Shown here: in pieces, positions 8,601 to 17,131 of the stretch | How positions within the stretch are numbered: position 1 is the stretch's first letter | Layout of the letters: each line of letters opens with the position of its first letter | Assembly (NCBI GenBank): GCA_964561235.1 | Contig: CAZLOV010000003.1 | Coordinates: 1 to 45,904, forward strand | From: an uncultured Caulobacterales bacterium | GTDB taxonomy: Bacteria; Pseudomonadota; Alphaproteobacteria; Caulobacterales; Maricaulaceae | DNA length: 45,904 nucleotides | Direction: 5' to 3' | The notes under the pieces: model-generated | Told to the model about the DNA's origin: nothing | The model's database searches: none | Seen by the model: the letters and a program-made list of their open reading frames with translations, nothing else | Program-made: the position numbers and the translations under genes

Positions 8601-9209
8601 CCGGCGCGGCATTCCGGGCGCGAGTATCTCATCTTCCCGGATGACCTCGGTGTTTGCGGAGATTTCGGCCGCGCGGACGTCCGCTTCCGCGTGCGGGCCA
8701 GAACAGCCGATGCGCCCGGCGGGCTGACCATGCGCCGTTTCGGCATCGGTTCAATCGGCGACATCACGAATCTGAGCTTCGATCATGACCCGTCGCCGAA
8801 CAGCCGCGTCATCGCCACCCCCGCCGGCGCGCCGCCCGGCACGGCTGCGGTGGAGTTCGGACCGTTTGAGTGGACGGGCGACCGCAACTCCGTGACCGTC
8901 CATGTCTTCCGCATCACGGGCCTGGAGAACGCGGGTCCGACGAGCGTGGAGATCGCTGTCGATGACGCCTTCAATCCGGCCTATGCCGGCGATTACTCCG
9001 ATTGTTCGCTGACGATCCGGCCGGAACGTTACGCCGCCGACGAGTTCGTGATTTTCCCGACCGATTTCGCAGACTGCGGCGACTTTGTTCGCGGCGATCT
9101 TCGGTTCCGCGTGCTTGTGGATGCGAACGACGCCGCCGACGGCCTTCGGATGCGGCGGCTGGCGGTGCTCCGCGCCGGAGGATTTACGGACTTCGGGTTC
9201 GATCAGTAG
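5634..9209 (+). CDS. Secreted S8 (subtilisin-family) serine protease with N-terminal I9-like propeptide, a beta-sandwich-like spacer and four C-terminal tandem repeat domains
   Basis: Signal peptide MKMLARTLLASAAVLLTHAVAKA. Propeptide-like FPGFAVEADAELLSRLRAHPLVTSIHEDAV. Catalytic Asp (VAVLDTGVE), His (CYHGTHVASTAAG), oxyanion Asn (NMSLGGG) and Ser (SGTSMAAPHVAG). Confidence 0.9.
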   Translation: MKMLARTLLASAAVLLTHAVAKAETAPAPPLSGPVSPATAQRIAAGERVPVIVSLDLAGYGAPGALMSDSELARRTAALSETRDRVFAEVFGETFIREADGPSFAFEPVAEPPRVYREFSLFPGFAVEADAELLSRLRAHPLVTSIHEDAVARPLTDATPGIIGADAVWAAGFEGANGSVAVLDTGVELEHSATEDAIIASACFNTDIADRSSSLCPGGVEEVIDLTGGSAGDSCVEDDIDPVNGVDGCYHGTHVASTAAGRPVTLRSGTTVQGVARGADIVAVNVFSRFVEAECDEEDEPGPCVRSYSSDQLAALEWLFANREALNLRAVNMSLGGGEFTSPCLSNPLRSIVTALRGAGVATVISSGNDGFANAISGPACIPEAISVGATTDADAVASFSNSSPDLDLLAPGVRVLAAWQTETPPAGENCVINNAEPSGNGECNWFAESSGTSMAAPHVAGAFVLLRQAFPSTSVDDVLEALKFTGLQVLDVNGITRSRIRVDAAFDLLSRGGAFAGGVELTPLEAYRVSGEAGVPGSFASKTYTLQNTGFSTRTVTIIEAPAWVAPERSSFSITPMSTASLVLGVNIDSLPQSAAAGEVVIQIGTETISVPVSVQVSRTFSSAELGPFEWTGDRRSTTSSVFRIVGLDSGPPEAIDIALANAIAGDYSGNFSDCSLTIRPERFSNSEFVINSSDFEDCGDFNRADVTFRVTAALADIQNGLNARRFGVNNSGGLTDFGFDRDATVTPSAAVTRASASAGLATSLQRAADPGFTAPVRSVDAPAGAAPLQAGTAQAEYGPFEWTGDSQSFTGSVFRLTGLINAAPSGVEIAIDNATAPGYAGAFTDCALTIRSERYRNGEFVIFPSDLADCGPFIRGDLRFRVTADAGDIALLPQMRRFAITKAGGLTDFGFDLFPEPASALTPIAGTDEGFVEFGPFEWAGSPNAATTAIFRLVGIDATPVSIDVALDSALTPGYLGEFSDCSLIVTPARHSGREYLIFPDDLGVCGDFGRADVRFRVRARTADAPGGLTMRRFGIGSIGDITNLSFDHDPSPNSRVIATPAGAPPGTAAVEFGPFEWTGDRNSVTVHVFRITGLENAGPTSVEIAVDDAFNPAYAGDYSDCSLTIRPERYAADEFVIFPTDFADCGDFVRGDLRFRVLVDANDAADGLRMRRLAVLRAGGFTDFGFDQ
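7509..9203 (+). repeat. Four tandem protein-level repeats (~117 aa each) inside the S8 protease
   Basis: Copies occupy 7509-7859, 8025-8375, 8436-8783 and 8853-9203. Shared blocks: E[LYF]GPFEW[TA]G; FR[IL].G; [FY][ST]DC[SA]L[TI][IV].[PS][EA]R; E[FY][VL]I[FN][PS].D...CG.F.R.D[VL].FRV; RR[FL]; GG.TDFGFD. Each copy has two conserved Cys about 27 residues apart. Confidence 0.85.
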
Positions 9210-9282
9210 GCGCAGCCGGGGTTGACACAGATCGTGTGGAGACGACCTCCGGGACAGGCAAAGCAGCCCGGAGCCGGCGCAC

Positions 9283-10158
9283 ATGACCTTCACGCTTCTG
9301 GATGGCGGAACGGGTCAGGAACTCATCCGCCGCGCGCAACGCACGCCCTCTCCGCTCTGGTCGGCGGACGTACTCGGAGAGCGGCCCGATCTGGTCGAGG
9401 CGGTCCATGCGGACTTTCTCGGCGCGGGCGCGGACGTTGTCACGCTCGCCTCCTACAGTGTCACGCCCGCCCGTCTGGCGCGCGCCGGGCGGGAGGCGGA
9501 ATTCGAGCCGCTCCAGGCCGCCGCGGTGACCGCCGCGGAAGCCGCTCGCAACCGTATCCGGCCTGAAGGACGCGTGGCGGGTTGCGTGCCGCCGCTGCCG
9601 GGCAGCTACCGTCCTGGCGAACGGCTCGCCAGGGCGCGCGCGGAAGCGGAATACGCCCGGATTGTCGAAGCCCAGTCCGGCGGCGCGGACCTTTATCTCT
9701 GCGAGACATTGGCGTCGGTCGCGGAAGTCCGGCTCGCCGTGCGGGCCGCCGCGCGCAGCGGGCGCGAGGTCTGGGCGGCGATGACGGTCGCCGAGGACGA
9801 CGGGACGAAGCTGCGCTCGGGAGAACCGCTGCGCGCAGGGGCCGACGCTGCGCTGGAGGAAGGCGCCGACGCCGTGCTGGTCAACTGCTCTCCGCCCGAA
9901 GCCGTGAGCGCAGCGATGGAGGTCCTGCGGCCGCGCACGCAGCGTTTTGGCGCTTATGCGAACGGCTTCGTCACCACCGCGCCCTATCAGGGCGAGGCGA
10001 CCGTGGATGCGCTTGAAGTCCGCCGGGATGTCGGGCCGCAGGCGTACGCCGCGTTTGCAGCGGACTGGCGCGACGCCGGGGCCTCGATCATCGGCGGATG
10101 TTGCGAGATCGGGCCGGCGCATCTTCGCGCGCTGGACGCGCTGCGGCGCGCGGCCTGA
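9283..10158 (+). CDS. Homocysteine S-methyltransferase family protein
   Basis: N-terminal LLDGGTGQEL, LVNCSPPE and C-terminal GGCCEIGPAHL (zinc-binding Cys motifs of the Pfam S-methyl_trans family). Confidence 0.8.
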   Translation: MTFTLLDGGTGQELIRRAQRTPSPLWSADVLGERPDLVEAVHADFLGAGADVVTLASYSVTPARLARAGREAEFEPLQAAAVTAAEAARNRIRPEGRVAGCVPPLPGSYRPGERLARARAEAEYARIVEAQSGGADLYLCETLASVAEVRLAVRAAARSGREVWAAMTVAEDDGTKLRSGEPLRAGADAALEEGADAVLVNCSPPEAVSAAMEVLRPRTQRFGAYANGFVTTAPYQGEATVDALEVRRDVGPQAYAAFAADWRDAGASIIGGCCEIGPAHLRALDALRRAA

Positions 10159-10214
10159 CGGGTTCGTGACGGCCCGCGGTGATCCGCTTGCGCCCGGGCG
10201 TCGTATTGACGCAC

Positions 10215-11336
10215 ATGATGCTTTCTCGTTTCCTCGCCGCCGGCCTGCTGGGCCTTGCTGCGGCCGCATGTTCTCGTGACGTCGACGCGGGCTCCGAAAG
10301 CCGCGGAGGCGGCGGCGCGCCCGAAGCCCCCGGCGTCATCGCGCATGAGATCGCGCTTGAGCGCGACGCCGACCGCATAGAAGCGGTCGGCACCGCGCGG
10401 GCCCGGCTGACCGCGGCGATTTTCGCGGAAGCCGCCGGCGAGGTGGAGCAGGTCAATTTCTCCGCCGGCGGCGAGGTGGAGGCGGGCGACGTTCTGTTGC
10501 AGCTGGAATCTGATGAAGAGCGCCTTGAGGTGCGCCTCGCGGAGGTCGCCGTGCGCGAAGCCGAGCAGCTGCTCGCGCGCTATCGCCGGATCGAGGACAC
10601 CGGCGCTGTCTCCGACAGCCAGATCGATGAAGCGCGCACCGCGCTGGATGCGGCGCGCATCCAGCTTGACCAGGCGCGTATCGCGCTTGAGCGGCGCACC
10701 GTGCGCGCGCCCTTCTCAGGCTATGTCGGGCTGACGGACATCGACGCAGGCGCGCGCATCACCCCGACGACGCAGATCACCCAGCTAGACGACCGTTCGG
10801 TTCTGTTTGTCGATTTCGACCCGCCCGAACAGGTTTTCGGCCGGCTGAACGTGGGCGACACCGTCGAGGCGCGGCCCTTCGCCGGTCCCGACCGCAGCTA
10901 TCCCGCGCGCGTGATCAATGTCGACAGCCGCATTGATCCGACGCGGCGGACCTTCACCGTGCGAGCGGAGCTGGACAACGCCGCCGACGTGCTGCGCCCC
11001 GGAATGAGCTTCCGCGTCAGCGTCAGCCTGCCCGGAGAGCCCTGGCCGGCGGTGCCGGAAGCGGCGATCAGCTGGGGCAGCGACGGCGCCTATGTCTGGA
11101 TCGTGCGCGACGGTGCGGCGCGCCAGGAACCGGTGACGCTGATCGCCCGCCGCGAGGGCCGCGTGCTCGTGCGCGGCGATTTCGGCGCCGGGGATCTTGT
11201 GATCGCCGAGGGCGTGCAGAAGGTGCGCGACGGCTCGCCTGTGCGCATTCTCGAAACGCGCAGCGCCGAGCCGCGCATGGAGGAGGGCGCTCCTGTCGGC
11301 TCCACAGCCGCCTCTGACAGCGCGTTCGGCGAATGA
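10215..11336 (+). CDS. RND efflux periplasmic adaptor (membrane fusion protein), lipoprotein
   Basis: Lipobox LLGLAAAAC. Barrel-sandwich/hairpin pattern (VEAGDVLLQLESDE..., coiled-coil ALDAARIQLDQARIALERRTVRAPFSGYVG). ATGA overlap with the pump gene. An alternative start is at 10179. Confidence 0.8.
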   Translation: MMLSRFLAAGLLGLAAAACSRDVDAGSESRGGGGAPEAPGVIAHEIALERDADRIEAVGTARARLTAAIFAEAAGEVEQVNFSAGGEVEAGDVLLQLESDEERLEVRLAEVAVREAEQLLARYRRIEDTGAVSDSQIDEARTALDAARIQLDQARIALERRTVRAPFSGYVGLTDIDAGARITPTTQITQLDDRSVLFVDFDPPEQVFGRLNVGDTVEARPFAGPDRSYPARVINVDSRIDPTRRTFTVRAELDNAADVLRPGMSFRVSVSLPGEPWPAVPEAAISWGSDGAYVWIVRDGAARQEPVTLIARREGRVLVRGDFGAGDLVIAEGVQKVRDGSPVRILETRSAEPRMEEGAPVGSTAASDSAFGE

Positions 11337-14300
11337 AGTCTCCCGTCTCCGATCTTCCCGCCATGGCGGTGAAGCGGCCGATCCTCGCGGTTGTGCTCAA
11401 CCTTCTGATCGTCATCGCCGGCCTCGCCGCCCTGCTCGGCGTGGAGGTCCGCGAGCTGCCCGACGTCGACCGTCCGATCGTCACGATCCGCGCAACCCTG
11501 CCCGGGGCCGCGCCGGAAACCATGGACGCGGAAGTCACAAGCGTGCTCGAAGGCGCGGCGGCGCGCGTGTCCGGCGTCCGCGAGATCCGCTCCTCATCCG
11601 AGGAAAACAGCGCGCGAATCCGGGTCGAGTTCAATCCGGGGGTCAATCTCGACACGGCGGCTTCCGACGTGCGCGAGGCCGTCAGCCAGGTCCAGAGGCA
11701 GCTTCCCGACCGCGTCGAGCAGGTCAACGTCGTCAAGGCGGACGATGACGCCGAAAGCGTGGTCAGCCTTGCCGTGCTGAGCGACGTCTATGACGAGCAG
11801 AGCCTGACGCGGCTGATCGAAAACGACATCGTGCCCGAGCTGACCGCCATCGAGGGGGTTGCAACGGTCGATCTCTTCGGGACGCGCGAGCGGCAATTGC
11901 GCGTGGTCATCGATCCGCTCCGCCTGTCACGCTTCGGACTGACCATCGGCGACGTCGCCAATGCGCTCGAACAGGCGCCCTTCGACGTGCCGGTCGGCAG
12001 CTTCCGGTCGGAAGACCAGCAGCTCATCGTGCGCGCCGAGGCCACGGCCGCAACGCCCGAACGCGTCAAGGACGTGATCATCAGCGGCCAGACCCGCGTC
12101 GGCGACGTTGCGGAAGCCTATTTCGCCCCCGCCGACGCCTCGAGCTTCACCCGGCTGGACGGACGCGACATCGTCGGCATCGGCGTGATCCGGCAGGCGC
12201 GTTCGAACACCATCAACATCTCCGACGCCGTCCAGGCGCGCGTCGCTGCGCTCAACGAACGGTTCGACGATCTGGAGATCGTCGTCACCTCAGACGACGC
12301 CGAGTTCATCCGCCAGTCGGTGCGGGAGGTCCTGACAAGCCTCGCCTTCACCATCCTGATCGTGGTCGCCGCCATCTGGCTTTTCCTTGGAAAATTCCGC
12401 GCGACCCTGATCCCGTCGGCCGCCATACCGGCTGCGCTCGTCGGCGCGGTCGCCGGGATCTGGCTGCTCGGCTTCTCGGTCAACCTGCTCACCCTCCTTG
12501 CGCTGGTCCTGGCGACCGGCCTGATCGTGGACGACGCCATCGTCGTGCTGGAGAACATCCACCGCCTTCAGGCCAAGGGCGTCGGGCGCCGGGCCGCCGC
12601 CGTGATCGGATCGCGCCAGGTCTTCTTCGCCGTGGTGGCGACGACGGCCGTTCTCGTCTCCGTCTTCGTGCCGATCTCGTTTCTGCCGTCGACCGCAGGG
12701 CGGCTGTTCCGCGAGTTCGGTTTCGTGCTCGCGCTTGCCGTGGTGATTTCCTCTTTCGTGGCGCTCACCGTCGTGCCGGCCTTCGCGGCGCGGCTGGATC
12801 TCACCACCGGGGACCATAAGCGCGGACCGCTGCGGCGCGTGGGCGGCGCGCTCTCGGCGGCCTACGCGCGCACGATCCGGCTGGCGCTGGACCGCGCCTG
12901 GATCACCTTCGGGCTCTGCGTCGCGGGGGCGCTGGGCGCAGTCTTCGCGGCCATGGCGCTGGAGCGCGAACTCGTACCTGAAGAGGACCGCGGCGTCGTC
13001 TATGTCTGGGCGGGCGGTCCCGACGGGGTGGGTCTCGACTACATGGAGCGCCAGGCCGACGCCATCGAGGATGTGCTGCAACCCTATCTGGACAGCGGCG
13101 AGATCGATTCCCTGTTCACCGTGGTGGGCCGATGGGATCCCAATCGCGTCTTCATCACCGCCCCGCTCGCGCCCTGGGACGAGCGCGAACGCTCCCAGCA
13201 GGAGATCGTCAACGCCCTGCGCGGGCCGCTATCGGAAATCCCGGGCGCGCGCGTCAGCGCGTTTGGGCGCGGCAGCCTCGACATTGGCGGCGGCGGCGGC
13301 GGCCGCAGCGGCATCGAAGTGGCGCTCACCGGCGGTGACTATGGGGAGATCTACGAGGCCGCGCGGGCGCTCTCGGAATGCCTCGATGCGCAATCGCAGA
13401 TTCTTGAGAACCCGGAGATCAGCTACCAGCCCACCCAGCCTCAGCTTTCCGTGCGCATCGACCGCCGGCGCGCGGCCGATCTCGGCGTGCCGCTCTCGGA
13501 ACTGGCCGTGACGCTGCGCGCCATGGTCGACGGCGAGAATCTTGTTGATCTCAATGTCGACGATCAGGCGATCCCGATCATTCTGGAAAGCGCCACCGGG
13601 GCGATCAGCGATCCCTCGGATCTGCGCAATCTTTACGTGCGCGCAAATTCCGGCGAGCTGATCCCGCTGCTGGCGATCACCGAGATCGTGGAAGAGGGCG
13701 TCGCCGCCGAGCTTGACCGCACCGAGCAACGCCGCGCCATCGAACTGGAAGCCGACATCGTGGGCGGCGCGACGATCGCGGAAGCCGTCGAGGAGATGCG
13801 CCGGCTCGGCGAGGAGACGCTTCCAGGCGACATCGACATGCTGTTCGAGGGCGAGGCCGAGACGCTCAACGAGGCGACCCGCGAACTGGCGCTGACCTAC
13901 GCGTTCGCGCTGGTGATCGTCTTCCTCGTGCTTGCCGCGCAATTTGAAAGCCTGACGAGCCCGATCGTGGTGATGGTCACGGTGCCGTTCGCGCTGGCCG
14001 CAGCGATCTACTCGCTCTTTTTCACCGGCGTTTCACTCAACATCTTCTCCCAGATCGGGCTTGTGATGCTCATCGGCTTGATGGCGAAGAACGGCATTCT
14101 AGTCGTCGAATTCGCCGATCAGCTCCGGGCGGAAGGCAAGTCGGTGCGCGAGGCGATCGAGGAGGCGGCCAATATCCGTCTGCGGCCGATCGCAATGACC
14201 GTGCTCTCCACCGTGCTTGGCGCGCTGCCGCTCATCCTGTCCGCGGGCGCCGGCGCGGAAGCGCGCGCCGCGATCGGTTGGACCATTTTCGGCGGGCTTG

Positions 14301-14455
14301 GGCTCGCCGCCGCCTTCACGCTCTTCCTCACCCCGGTCGTCTATCTCGGACTGGCGCGTTTCGGCACGCCGCGCTCGGCCGCCGAGCGCCGCCTCGCCAG
14401 CGAACTCGAAGCCGCGGAGAAGGCGGGTCAGACCGACCCGGGTCCGGCGGAATGA
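11333..14455 (+). CDS. RND efflux pump, AcrB/AcrD/AcrF-type inner-membrane permease
   Basis: 1040 aa. N-terminus KRPILAVVLNLLIVIAGLAALLG with the first periplasmic loop. Conserved TM4-region motif LALVLATGLIVDDAIVVLENI and TM10-region GLMAKNGILVVEFA. Confidence 0.9.
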   Translation: MKSPVSDLPAMAVKRPILAVVLNLLIVIAGLAALLGVEVRELPDVDRPIVTIRATLPGAAPETMDAEVTSVLEGAAARVSGVREIRSSSEENSARIRVEFNPGVNLDTAASDVREAVSQVQRQLPDRVEQVNVVKADDDAESVVSLAVLSDVYDEQSLTRLIENDIVPELTAIEGVATVDLFGTRERQLRVVIDPLRLSRFGLTIGDVANALEQAPFDVPVGSFRSEDQQLIVRAEATAATPERVKDVIISGQTRVGDVAEAYFAPADASSFTRLDGRDIVGIGVIRQARSNTINISDAVQARVAALNERFDDLEIVVTSDDAEFIRQSVREVLTSLAFTILIVVAAIWLFLGKFRATLIPSAAIPAALVGAVAGIWLLGFSVNLLTLLALVLATGLIVDDAIVVLENIHRLQAKGVGRRAAAVIGSRQVFFAVVATTAVLVSVFVPISFLPSTAGRLFREFGFVLALAVVISSFVALTVVPAFAARLDLTTGDHKRGPLRRVGGALSAAYARTIRLALDRAWITFGLCVAGALGAVFAAMALERELVPEEDRGVVYVWAGGPDGVGLDYMERQADAIEDVLQPYLDSGEIDSLFTVVGRWDPNRVFITAPLAPWDERERSQQEIVNALRGPLSEIPGARVSAFGRGSLDIGGGGGGRSGIEVALTGGDYGEIYEAARALSECLDAQSQILENPEISYQPTQPQLSVRIDRRRAADLGVPLSELAVTLRAMVDGENLVDLNVDDQAIPIILESATGAISDPSDLRNLYVRANSGELIPLLAITEIVEEGVAAELDRTEQRRAIELEADIVGGATIAEAVEEMRRLGEETLPGDIDMLFEGEAETLNEATRELALTYAFALVIVFLVLAAQFESLTSPIVVMVTVPFALAAAIYSLFFTGVSLNIFSQIGLVMLIGLMAKNGILVVEFADQLRAEGKSVREAIEEAANIRLRPIAMTVLSTVLGALPLILSAGAGAEARAAIGWTIFGGLGLAAAFTLFLTPVVYLGLARFGTPRSAAERRLASELEAAEKAGQTDPGPAE

Positions 14456-15819
14456 CCGGACGCGTGATCGCGTGTCTCGCCGCGGGCCTTCTGAGCGCGT
14501 GCGCGGCCGGTCCGGATTACGCCGCGCCGGACCTTCCGGTGCCGGACCAGTACGCCGGCGCGCCGGATGCGAACGCCCGCGCCGCTGATGCGCCGCGTTG
14601 GTGGACGGGCTTTGACGATCCCGTGCTCACCTCGCTGGTTGAGACGGCGCTGTCGGACAATCTCTCAATCGCGCAGGCCGCCGAAAGGCTTGCTGCGGCT
14701 GAAGCGCTTGCGGGCGCGGCGCGTTCGGATTTCTTCCCGACGCTCGACGGCGAGGCGTCCTATACGCTGCGCTCAACGGGAGCGGATGACGCCGCCGCCG
14801 GCCTGTCGGCTGCGCAGGTCATCGATGTGAACGGCCGGCTGCGCCGCGCGTCGGAACAGGCGCGCGCGCAGGCGCTTGCCGCGCAGTACAATGTTGCGGA
14901 CGTGCGCCGGCTGACCGCTGCTGCGGTCGCGTCGCTTTATGTGGAGCTGCGCCGGACGCGCGCGCGCCTTGCGCTTCTGGACGCCTCGCTGGAATTGCAG
15001 CAACGCACGCTCGACATCGTGGAGAGCCGCGCCGAAGCCGGGCTGTCCGCCGATCTCGACGTGCGCCGCGCTGCGGCGGATCTCGCGCGCACGCGTGCCT
15101 CGCGCGGCAATCTCGCCCTTCAGCGCGCCAGCGCGCTCAATGGTCTGGCCGTTCTGCTCGGCCGCACGCCGGGCGGCTCGCTTGAAGCCTTCGGTCTTCA
15201 GCTTGAGGCGGAAGGCGACGCGCAAGCCGCCCTCGGCCTGAGCTATGACGAGCCGATGGCGTCGGGCGCGCCCGCCGACTTGCTCCGCAACCGGCCGGAC
15301 CTGCGCGCGGCGGAGGCCGGGCTTGTCGCGGCGACAGCCGAGATCGGGGTTCAGGCCGCCGACCTCTATCCCGGCCTGCGCCTTCCCGGTTCGGTCTCTT
15401 TTGACCTGACGGACGGCGCCGGCGACGACGTCGCCGCCGCACTCGCCGCGTTCGTGGACGTGCCGATCTTCGATCTAGGGCGCCGCCGCGCGGAGGTGAC
15501 CGCCGCGGAAGCGCGCGCGCGCGAAGCCGCCTTGTTCTACGAGCAGGCGCTTCTGGACGCCCTGCGCGAGGTGGAGACCGGGTTCGTCGCTATCCGCAGC
15601 GTGCGCGAAACGCTTGCGGATCTGGATGTGGCCGTCGTTGAGAGCGAGCAGGCTTTCGACCAGCTGAATGCGCTTTATCGCGAGGGGCTGGCCAGCTTCA
15701 TCGACGTGCTCGACGCCCAGCGGACGCTGATCGACAGCCGCGAGGCGTTTGTCGACAGCGAGGCGGATCTCGCCGCCGCCGTCATCGACCTGCAGCTCGC
15801 CCTCGCCGCGCCCGCCTGA
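14452..15819 (+). CDS. Efflux outer-membrane factor lipoprotein (NodT family)
   Basis: ATG at 14452 overlaps the pump stop (ATGA). Lipobox LLSACAAGPDY. Motifs WW.GF.DP.L..L, typical of NodT/OprM-type OMFs, and two TolC-like repeats. The upstream 58 codons in the ORF track lie inside the pump gene. Confidence 0.85.
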   Translation: MTGRVIACLAAGLLSACAAGPDYAAPDLPVPDQYAGAPDANARAADAPRWWTGFDDPVLTSLVETALSDNLSIAQAAERLAAAEALAGAARSDFFPTLDGEASYTLRSTGADDAAAGLSAAQVIDVNGRLRRASEQARAQALAAQYNVADVRRLTAAAVASLYVELRRTRARLALLDASLELQQRTLDIVESRAEAGLSADLDVRRAAADLARTRASRGNLALQRASALNGLAVLLGRTPGGSLEAFGLQLEAEGDAQAALGLSYDEPMASGAPADLLRNRPDLRAAEAGLVAATAEIGVQAADLYPGLRLPGSVSFDLTDGAGDDVAAALAAFVDVPIFDLGRRRAEVTAAEARAREAALFYEQALLDALREVETGFVAIRSVRETLADLDVAVVESEQAFDQLNALYREGLASFIDVLDAQRTLIDSREAFVDSEADLAAAVIDLQLALAAPA

Positions 15820-15892
15820 AGCGCAGGCGGCGGGATTGACGGCGCCGCGCATGCATGGAGCCATGCCTCCATCTTTCGCGGGTCCAAAAACG

Positions 15893-17122
15893 ATGACCGC
15901 ATCCGGCATTGACAAAGACATTGAGGCGGCCGTTTCGCGCAACGCCTGGTATCGCGATGCGCGCTCGGCGCAGGGGCGGTTTTCGCGCATTCTCTGTCTG
16001 TCGGATTTCGAGCGCGCCGCGAAGGCGCGCCTGCCCCGCCCGGTCTGGGGATATGTGTCGGGAGCGGCTGCGGATAACCGGTCCTGCCAGGCCAATCTTG
16101 ATGCGTTCGCCGGCTATGCGTTCAAGCCGCGGGTGCTGCGCGACGTCTCCCGCCGATCGATGGCCGCGGCCGTGTTCGGCCAACCCTACGCGCTGCCGGT
16201 CGGCGCGGCCCCCATGGGCCTTGCCGCGCTCGCCGCTTTCGACGGGGACCGCGTGGTCGCCGCCGCCGCGCGCGAGGCGGGCGCCGCCGCCGTCCTCAGC
16301 GGCTCGTCGCTGACGCGGCTCGAGGCGGTTGCGGCGGTCAATCCGGATCTGTGGTTTCAAGCGTACGTCCCTGGCGACTTCGACCGCATCCGCGCCTTGC
16401 TGGACCGGGTGGCGGCCGCGGGCGTGAAGACCCTTGTGGTGACCGTCGACATGCCGGTTTCGGGCAATCGCGAAAATCTCGTACGCGCGGGGTTTTCCGC
16501 GCCGCTTCGCCCCAGCCTCAGGCTCGCGTTCGACGGACTGGTCAAGCCGCGCTGGCTAATCGGCGTGTTCGCCCGGACGCTTGCAAAGCGCGGGATGCCG
16601 CATTTCGAGAACTCCTTCGCCGAACGCGGCGCGCCGATCATTTCGCGGCATGTCCAGCGGGACTTCTCGAGCCGGGGCAATCTGGGCTGGACCCATTTCG
16701 AGGCGATCCGCCGTCTCTGGACGGGACGTCTGGTGATCAAGGGCGTGCTGGCCGGAGAGGACGCCGCGCGCGCCGTCGAGGCGGGAGCGGATGGCGTCAT
16801 CGTCTCCAACCATGGCGGGCGCCAGCTCGACGGCGCCGTTTCGCCGCTTGAGGCGCTTCCCGAAATCATCGCCGCAGCGCCGGGCGTTCCGGTCATGATG
16901 GACGGCGGGATCAGGCGCGGCGGCGACGTCATCAAGGCGCTGTGTCTTGGCGCAGCCTATGTCTTCGTGGGCCGTCCGCTCCTCTACGCCGCCGCCGCCG
17001 CCGGGCGCGAAGGCGTGCGGCATGCGTTTTCGCTGCTCGGACAGGAGATCGACCGCGACCTTGCGCTCCTGGGGGTCACCAGCCTTGACGAGCTTGGTCC
17101 GCACCTGCTGGTCCGGCGCTGA
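15893..17122 (+). CDS. FMN-dependent alpha-hydroxy-acid dehydrogenase/oxidase (L-lactate dehydrogenase / glycolate oxidase family)
   Basis: Motifs LSDFERAAKARLPRPVWGYVSGAA, VTVDMPVSGNRE, IVSNHGGRQLDG, GGIRRGGDVIKALCLGA. The start is uncertain (ATG 15893, 15860 or 15851). Confidence 0.85.
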   Translation: MTASGIDKDIEAAVSRNAWYRDARSAQGRFSRILCLSDFERAAKARLPRPVWGYVSGAAADNRSCQANLDAFAGYAFKPRVLRDVSRRSMAAAVFGQPYALPVGAAPMGLAALAAFDGDRVVAAAAREAGAAAVLSGSSLTRLEAVAAVNPDLWFQAYVPGDFDRIRALLDRVAAAGVKTLVVTVDMPVSGNRENLVRAGFSAPLRPSLRLAFDGLVKPRWLIGVFARTLAKRGMPHFENSFAERGAPIISRHVQRDFSSRGNLGWTHFEAIRRLWTGRLVIKGVLAGEDAARAVEAGADGVIVSNHGGRQLDGAVSPLEALPEIIAAAPGVPVMMDGGIRRGGDVIKALCLGAAYVFVGRPLLYAAAAAGREGVRHAFSLLGQEIDRDLALLGVTSLDELGPHLLVRR

Positions 17123-17131
17123 GGCGCGCCG

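Noticed and set aside
9247-9273. A possible terminator hairpin after the protease gene (CTCCGGG-N13-CCCGGAG).
   Set aside because: The loop is 13 nt and there is no downstream T-tract. The next gene starts 10 nt later. This is not convincing as an intrinsic terminator.
13286-13303. A (GGC)x6 triplet run inside the RND pump gene, considered as a slippage or phase-variation tract.
   Set aside because: It is short and in frame, encoding GGGGGG in a periplasmic loop. A triplet repeat would not shift the frame, and this is typical GC-rich coding sequence.
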